The notes under the pieces are model-generated. The model was not told where the DNA came from. It worked only from the letters and a program-made list of their open reading frames with translations, and searched no databases. Made by a program: the position numbers and the translations under genes. Of a DNA stretch of 34,900 nucleotides, positions 28,813-34,900 are shown in pieces (positions within the stretch are counted from its first letter, which is position 1; each line of letters begins with the position of its first letter). The stretch is from Euryarchaeota archaeon UBA36. GTDB taxonomy: Archaea > Thermoplasmatota > Poseidoniia > Poseidoniales > Thalassarchaeaceae. The stretch is from assembly GCA_002496485.1 (NCBI GenBank), contig DAJW01000119.1:1-34900 (forward strand), read 5' to 3'.

Positions 28813-29928
28813 CTACCATCCATGAGTTTTCCCAGACCCCCTATGTCCAACAATTCTAACACTTTCCCAAGGTAAGCTATTTTCAGATACCTCTCCAAGT
28901 ATATCTTCCTCTTTCCTCTTCCATCCCCATCTTTTTATCCAGTCTTTGGTGATTGCTATTCTTTCAACATCAGAAAACTCGTACCACGGAGTAACTTCTC
29001 TTTTCATCTCACTGAGTCTTTCGGCATGATGTTCTGTTGGTGTAGAATCCAGTTTTTCCAATTCTTCTTCAGATAAAGGTTGAGTTGCGGGCCTTGACCA
29101 TCTAGCATGGCCTGATGGAAGAGTAACTAATTCAGGAGAAAAATCATCCGATAGTCCAGTCAACCCTGCTTCCCATATTTTTCTTTCCAACTCAGGTTTT
29201 GCAGGCCAGACATAAACCGGAAATCCACCTCTAATTCTGTTTAATTTCTCTAAATAACTTCCATGAATTCCTACGGTAGTCCCTAGGTTGAGAAATCTTG
29301 TATAGCCATGTAAATATTCTAAAGCACAAGGTAGCATTGGCGAACCATTTTTCTTATTTTTATTCATTAATCTAGGTAAGGAATTCATAACATAAGATGG
29401 AACTGCTAGTGCCCTCTGAGTAAATTCATTCCCCCATTGCCTAAGGTATGGCATCAATCTTGAAACTTTTAGGTTACTGTTTTTCTGTTTAGTTTGTAGA
29501 ATTTTTTTTTCGAACGAATATATCACAGCACTTGTAGGATTGATATCAAAACCCTCTAGTGATTCATTAACTAAATCAACCATTTTTTGCATGTGCTCCA
29601 ATCTTTTCAACCCCCTAATCCAACCTCCGGCTTTACCACTATTTGGATGAGGAGGTTTTAACTCAATACATACAAATTTTCCCCTTTCTGTAAACTCTCT
29701 AGTGAATTCTTTTTTGGATAAGAGCTCATCAAAAGTTTTGATATAGTCGGGCAATTCATCTGCTAACTCGCACTCTGGAAATCTATTATCATCGGTTATT
29801 GAATTATGGTATAGGACTAATTGCTCATCTTCACTAAGTCTCAAATCCAATTCGACCCCATCAGAGAAATTTATTCCATGAACAAGACTTTCAATAGTAT
29901 TTTCTCTAGGTTTTTCCCAACTCGACAA
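28813..29928 (-). CDS. Glycerophosphodiester phosphodiesterase-like protein, circularly permuted
   Basis: N-terminal ENTIES...DGVELDLRLSEDEQLVLYH, internal CIELK and C-terminal IVGHRG. GAGGT upstream of the TTG start. Confidence 0.82.
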   Translation of the reverse strand: MSSWEKPRENTIESLVHGINFSDGVELDLRLSEDEQLVLYHNSITDDNRFPECELADELPDYIKTFDELLSKKEFTREFTERGKFVCIELKPPHPNSGKAGGWIRGLKRLEHMQKMVDLVNESLEGFDINPTSAVIYSFEKKILQTKQKNSNLKVSRLMPYLRQWGNEFTQRALAVPSYVMNSLPRLMNKNKKNGSPMLPCALEYLHGYTRFLNLGTTVGIHGSYLEKLNRIRGGFPVYVWPAKPELERKIWEAGLTGLSDDFSPELVTLPSGHARWSRPATQPLSEEELEKLDSTPTEHHAERLSEMKREVTPWYEFSDVERIAITKDWIKRWGWKRKEEDILGEVSENSLPWESVRIVGHRGSGKTHGW

Positions 29929-30095
29929 GATATCAACCTCACAGATAAATTACCCGATTCTTTTCAACTATTTAATTCACAACTTCACCGGAAAACTAAT
30001 TATCGTATAGTTCAAACATGTTAAAGTAATTATTTTACTACCTAGTATCTGTAACAACACTGATACAATAAAACCTCTCCGTTCAATTGATTTGA

Positions 30096-31892
30096 ATGGC
30101 GGCTGAAACAGTAAAAATAACAAAAAGAAAAGAAGTAAGAGGGTTTGCACTTTATGATTGGGCCAAGTCAGGATTCGAAACTAGCATTACTGCAGGAGTA
30201 TTCCCCTCATGGTTTGCAATTTTATTCCTTTCAGCCAACGGCTTGAATATTGAAATTGCCAATCTTGAGTGGGATGCAGACACTGTTATGACACTCGCAA
30301 TTACATTTGGAGCATTGATAATAGCAATTCTTAGTCCATCCCTGGGCATAATTGCAGACAGAAAACCAATCAAGAAGAAAATGCTAAGATTTCTAACTAA
30401 TCTCGGACTAATTTCTGTATCACTAATTGCTCTAGCGCCATATTTACCAGTTTCAACAAAATGGTCATGGGCCTTAGTATTCTTTGTACTCGCGACTTGT
30501 GCTAATAATCTCGCAAGTGTTTTCTATAATTCTTTGATTCCTCATATAGGTTCAGAAGATGAAATGAATGAAATTTCAAATTTCGGATTTGCAGTGGGTT
30601 ATTTAGGTGGTTGTGTTTTACTAATTATTCATTTAATTATACTCATGGGATCAAATTACGCCGATTGGGCATTTAGCTTAGTTATGGCAACCACGGGAAT
30701 TTGGTGGTATGGTTTCGCAATTTTCTTGTTTTGGTGGATTCCTGAGCCAGAATTAGAAAATGAAATGGAAGATGTTGGAATTATTGAAAGCAGCAAGATA
30801 GCATTCTCCGAAGTATGGAATACACTAAAAGAATATAATAATTTTAGAACTTTATTTCTGTATATTTTTGCTTATTTCCTATTCATCGACGGCATAAATA
30901 GTGTGCAAACTGTAGGGGCTATATATGCTGTAGTCGTTTTAGGACTTGGTACAGTGGATCTAATAATCGTAGTTCTTGCACTAAATTTGTTCGCAGCACC
31001 TATGGCAATGCTATTTTCTAGAATGGCTGACAGAGGTACAACTAAGGGAGTACTTCAGTTGGTTTTAGTTATTGGGACACTAGTTATATTCCTCGGCCTA
31101 ACTTTCGCACCTCTAGAGCCCGATACTAGAGATGACTATGATATACAATTTACATCAAATGAAGATGGTTCATATGATGTTAATGTTAGAAGCGGCATTA
31201 AAGAAATAGCTAAAGATCCGGGGGGAGATGAACAAACTTGGGCAAAAAACTACGTTGAAATTCTTCCACTAGAACAAGATTCAACATCTCCTGATGACGT
31301 ACTTAAGTGGAAAATTTCAGAAGAAGTAGATGGTGAAGTTATCACCTTCGTAAAGAAAGTAACTGATACTTCATCCATTTCAGATTTTATTCAGCAACTT
31401 GAAGATAGTAGATTCAGTATTTACGTTTCAGGCGGAGTAGTTGGTGACACCACTATGGTAGGGACAGGCAACCCCTCGAGTCTTGGAGATGAACCTCTAG
31501 ATCAAATCGCAATGACCATGAGGGATTTAGTATGGGCCCCGTTGGGAATTGCAGTAGGAATGCAATTTCTCCTTCTAGGATTAATGTTTGGATCCATACA
31601 AGGAGCATCTCAAGGATTAGCTCGAAGCCTTTTTGGAAAAATGATTCCAGAATCCCGTTCAGCTGAATTTTTCGGATTTTTCGGATTTTTCGGTAGAGTA
31701 GCTGCAATAATTGGACCTGCCATGTATACATTCTTTTCACTAACAATAAGTAGTAGAGCCGGCATACTATCAATAGGATTTTTAATTCTTGGTGGACTAT
31801 TACTTTTGTATCGTGTAGATGTTGATGATGCAATTAGAGTTGCCGAGGAATATGAGGCCGGATTAAAAAATAATAAATCAGAATCAGAATAG
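30096..31892 (+). CDS. MFS transporter (UMF1/Atg22-like) with a large loop insertion
   Basis: LYDWAKSGF, LGIIAD, FYNSLIP, FLFIDG and QGLARSLFGKMIPESRSAEFFGFF. Confidence 0.9.
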   Translation: MAAETVKITKRKEVRGFALYDWAKSGFETSITAGVFPSWFAILFLSANGLNIEIANLEWDADTVMTLAITFGALIIAILSPSLGIIADRKPIKKKMLRFLTNLGLISVSLIALAPYLPVSTKWSWALVFFVLATCANNLASVFYNSLIPHIGSEDEMNEISNFGFAVGYLGGCVLLIIHLIILMGSNYADWAFSLVMATTGIWWYGFAIFLFWWIPEPELENEMEDVGIIESSKIAFSEVWNTLKEYNNFRTLFLYIFAYFLFIDGINSVQTVGAIYAVVVLGLGTVDLIIVVLALNLFAAPMAMLFSRMADRGTTKGVLQLVLVIGTLVIFLGLTFAPLEPDTRDDYDIQFTSNEDGSYDVNVRSGIKEIAKDPGGDEQTWAKNYVEILPLEQDSTSPDDVLKWKISEEVDGEVITFVKKVTDTSSISDFIQQLEDSRFSIYVSGGVVGDTTMVGTGNPSSLGDEPLDQIAMTMRDLVWAPLGIAVGMQFLLLGLMFGSIQGASQGLARSLFGKMIPESRSAEFFGFFGFFGRVAAIIGPAMYTFFSLTISSRAGILSIGFLILGGLLLLYRVDVDDAIRVAEEYEAGLKNNKSESE

Positions 31893-31915
31893 AATAAATT
31901 ACTGTAATAAATAAA

Positions 31916-33229
31916 TCATTCTTTTCTTAATTCGCCCAGGGCCTCTATTACTGCAGCCTGAGTGATTCTTCCACCCCTCTCCCTGAGCTTACTGGCAACA
32001 ATATCTACTTCTTTTCCTTCCGCTCCCGCAGTAACAGCCATATTTCTGACATGTAATTTCATATGTCCAGCTTGAATTCCTACGGTAGCCAAAGCCCTCA
32101 AGGCTCCTAAATTCTGAGCTAATCCAGATGCAGCCATAACTTTGGCTAATTCATCCGCAGTCTCTATGCCCAGTAGCTTCACATTAGCCTGAGCAGCAGG
32201 ATGTACTCTTACTGCCCCCCCGACTAAACCTACAGCCATTGGCAACTCAATAGATCCAACAAGATTACCGTCACCATCTTTCCACCATTTGGTTAATGAT
32301 CCATATTCTCTACCATATGAAGCGAAACTATGTGCGCCCGACTCTATTGCCCTCCAGTCTTGTCCACATGCTATGGCCACCGCTGAAATTGCATTCATGA
32401 TTCCCTTGTTGTGTGTCGTTGCTCTGAATGGATCTGCCTTGGCAAAATGATATGCTTGTATGACTCCCTCAATCACTTCTCTTCCACTTTCCGAATCATT
32501 TCCGGAATCTGACATTTCTCTAGGAGTAAATATTGCACTAACCCTGGCCAATCTGTGAATAGCTAAATTACTAATAATCCTGAGAATAACTGTGCCACCA
32601 GTAATTTCTTCTATTTTAGGGGCTATGGATTCTGCCATAGTATTTACTGCGTTTGCCCCCATTGCATCTCTACAATCAACAAGGATATGCATAATTACCA
32701 TCTGACCTGAATCCGTATCAATTATCTTCACTTCAATATCTTTACAACCACCTCCAAATTTTACCAAAATCGGATCCACTTCATTACACATCTTAATCAA
32801 ATTATTTTTTTCCCTAATAATTGAATCCCGTGCACTTTCTGGATTTTCACAATTAACAATTTGTATTTGCCCAATCATAATTGGATCATCATTATCCGAT
32901 TTAAATCCTCCATTATCTAGGCAGCGCTTGGCCATATTACTAGCAGCAGCAACTACACTCGGCTCTTCTAAGACGAAAGGAATGACAAAATGCTCATCAT
33001 CTATAACAAAATTAGTCGCTACCCCAATTGGAAGGGAGTATGTACCAATCACATTCTCTATCATTCTATCTGCGGCATCTTCGGACAATTCTCCCGAATC
33101 CGCCAATGCTAGGATATGCTCCTCAGATAAGCCGCCTATTTCGGCAATTTTCTTCCTTCTCTCAGCTACTGACAATTTATAGAATCCTTCAATCCGACTA
33201 TTTTCGACAGACATGTTTCTCAAACTCAT
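31916..33229 (-). CDS. mvaA: HMG-CoA reductase, class II
   Basis: ENVIG, EEPSVVAAAS, DAMGANAVNT, THNKGIMN and GIQAGHMKLH. Confidence 0.96.
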   Translation of the reverse strand: MSLRNMSVENSRIEGFYKLSVAERRKKIAEIGGLSEEHILALADSGELSEDAADRMIENVIGTYSLPIGVATNFVIDDEHFVIPFVLEEPSVVAAASNMAKRCLDNGGFKSDNDDPIMIGQIQIVNCENPESARDSIIREKNNLIKMCNEVDPILVKFGGGCKDIEVKIIDTDSGQMVIMHILVDCRDAMGANAVNTMAESIAPKIEEITGGTVILRIISNLAIHRLARVSAIFTPREMSDSGNDSESGREVIEGVIQAYHFAKADPFRATTHNKGIMNAISAVAIACGQDWRAIESGAHSFASYGREYGSLTKWWKDGDGNLVGSIELPMAVGLVGGAVRVHPAAQANVKLLGIETADELAKVMAASGLAQNLGALRALATVGIQAGHMKLHVRNMAVTAGAEGKEVDIVASKLRERGGRITQAAVIEALGELRKE

Positions 33230-33281
33230 CAGGTGACATCAGGCTTCTAACCTTTTTCAAAGCTGTAAAACTTTAGAAATT

Positions 33282-33453
33282 AAGCGTTAATTAATACATT
33301 AACGCTTTATTAACGCTTTTTATAAACGTTAACATAGCGTTAATCATCTAAAACAATAAACGTAATACTACATGATATTTTAGTAAATTTAACGAATGGG
33401 TTTTCTGAAAAACCTAGAAATTAACGTTTCTAGACACGTAAATAAGCGTGAAT
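33282..33453. repeat. Cluster of about 10 short ATTAACG(C/T)TT-like boxes in both orientations
   Basis: Tandem ATTAACGCTTT at 33298-33308 and 33309-33319; inverted copies at 33282-33291 and 33336-33344; variants near 33322, 33356, 33388, 33420, 33434 and 33444. Confidence 0.85.
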
Positions 33454-33482
33454 ATTAAGAGTTCGACCAGTCACTCAAGAAT

Positions 33483-34900
33483 ATGGTTGTGGCGGAGATG
33501 CCTTTGTTAGATACACCAGCACTCAGAGGTAATCCGTTTGATATGAGGCCAATCGAAAGATCAAGGAGCCATGAGATAGTAGCCAGAGATGAAATACTGA
33601 TTGAATATAGGGAACACATACATTCCTATTCACCACGAATGAAATTAATAGTAGGAGATCATGGCTCAGGAAAATCTTCTCTAATAAACGTACTTTCATC
33701 CTTTACGGATCGATTCTATGTGGGGCAATATTGGCATGAAGAAGAAGTTTTAAGAAAAGTATTAACAGAAATACTTGTTACTTTTGGAGACTATGAGGTC
33801 CCTAGAACTATGAATTTAACGATCGACAAACTAGTCGAAAAATTAGAATCTGAAAATGGCCCATTGCCACTCATTGCTCTAGATTACCCGTCCACTGTCC
33901 CTCTATCCGAATTTCTTTCGCTAATATGCCCAATTTTTCAACGTCTTAGGGCATTCATTGTTATTTCTCTTAATCACTCACAACTAAACTCATTAGATGA
34001 ATCCGTAATCAAAATATTCGACCCACCTTTTGAACTTAAACCACTAAAAGAAAATGAAATCCAGAAACTTTGCGATAAGAGGATTATGAAGATGGCCAAT
34101 GAAAGATGGAAGTTAAGTACAATTCTACTAGAATCAATCCAGAAAACCTCTGGCGGTAATGTGGGCTCAATTATTAGGATACTTAGGGATATTATAGATG
34201 AAAAAAGAGGACTAGGTTGCGAGGGCACCTATCAAAGAATTATTTCATGGAACAAGCCAAACATAATATCCCAAGACGGCAAAAAAAATACTGATCAATC
34301 ACCATACAAAGAAGCAATATCACCAGAGAGAAAGAATGAAGATATATATCTAGAATCAGATGAGGAAAAAGATGAAGAAAAATTAACAAAAGGATATGAT
34401 GATAGTCCGACAGAATTTGAACAATATCTTTCTCAAACTATCAAAATGGAAAGCCATCAAAATACAGGAAATTATGAAGAATTCCAAAATCAAATTGAAG
34501 AAGATGAGGAAGAAAGAATCTTACGTTTAAATTTAGAAAATATAGATAATCAAAAGATAACAGAATGGACAGAAAATCATAAAAAACTTCAATCTGATAA
34601 TAAAAAAATAATACTTACAAATACTCCAAATAATGGTTTTTCAGGTTTGATGAATAGATCAAGAAATGCTTCAAAAGATATGCCGTCAGGAGATCCAGAA
34701 AATATTCCAGTAATGGACTCAGATTTTCCGGCTAACATAGATAGAAAAAAAGAAAAAATATATCCAATAAAATCCGGTTTCAAAAACCAAACTTCTAATC
34801 AGTATCGACTCGATAATCTCCCATCTAAAATCGATATAGACGATAAGAGTGTATTCTCATCGGAAGGAGAACAATGGACAGTAGATTCAGCATTCGAGGA
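33483..34900 (+). CDS. P-loop AAA+-like ATPase with a long acidic low-complexity region; 3'-truncated and absent from the ORF track
   Basis: Manual translation from ATG 33483 has no stop to the window end (more than 472 codons): LRGNPFD, IVARDE, Walker A GDHGSGKSS, Walker B-like LIALDYP and lid-like SGGNVGSIIRILRD. Confidence 0.85.
   Translation, partial: MVVAEMPLLDTPALRGNPFDMRPIERSRSHEIVARDEILIEYREHIHSYSPRMKLIVGDHGSGKSSLINVLSSFTDRFYVGQYWHEEEVLRKVLTEILVTFGDYEVPRTMNLTIDKLVEKLESENGPLPLIALDYPSTVPLSEFLSLICPIFQRLRAFIVISLNHSQLNSLDESVIKIFDPPFELKPLKENEIQKLCDKRIMKMANERWKLSTILLESIQKTSGGNVGSIIRILRDIIDEKRGLGCEGTYQRIISWNKPNIISQDGKKNTDQSPYKEAISPERKNEDIYLESDEEKDEEKLTKGYDDSPTEFEQYLSQTIKMESHQNTGNYEEFQNQIEEDEEERILRLNLENIDNQKITEWTENHKKLQSDNKKIILTNTPNNGFSGLMNRSRNASKDMPSGDPENIPVMDSDFPANIDRKKEKIYPIKSGFKNQTSNQYRLDNLPSKIDIDDKSVFSSEGEQWTVDSAFE

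Noticed and set aside
31667..31694. Short tandem repeat of TTTTTCGGA
   Set aside because: It encodes the FFGFFGFFG motif of the MFS transporter.
33282..33453. Possible CRISPR array
   Set aside because: Units are 7-11 nt, in mixed orientation, without 30-40 nt spacers, and there are no cas genes in the window.
1145..34783. Numerous 60-143 aa antisense or alternate-frame ORFs (e.g. 6398-6829, 31453-31833, 33974-34228, 34589-34783)
   Set aside because: They lie inside or across well-supported genes and show no recognisable motifs, so they are treated as shadow ORFs.

Overview
Gene-dense, AT-rich archaeal chromosomal segment. TBP, TgtA, CTP-dependent RibK, class II HMG-CoA reductase, a PKD/CARDB surface protein and several bacterial-type metabolic genes fit Marine Group II Poseidoniales (taxonomy is inference). 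It holds about 32 CDS: mevalonate-pathway genes (mvk, a fused aconitase X, mvaA), RNA modification (tgtA, truA, SpoU family), DNA repair (nth), a four-gene ABC-2 exporter with a coupled aromatic-rich unknown protein, acyl-CoA and central metabolism, and transporters. I saw no tRNA, rRNA, CRISPR array or mobile element. Most notable: (1) about 10 roughly helically phased ATTAACG-type boxes directly upstream of an AAA+-like ATPase ORF missing from the ORF track (33483 to window end), a candidate initiator/origin, partition or autoregulatory system; (2) a circularly permuted GDPD with the HRG strand at its C-terminus; (3) a TBP with a ~53-aa insertion; (4) aconitase X fused in catalytic-then-swivel order; (5) a TgtA lacking its zinc-binding cysteines.
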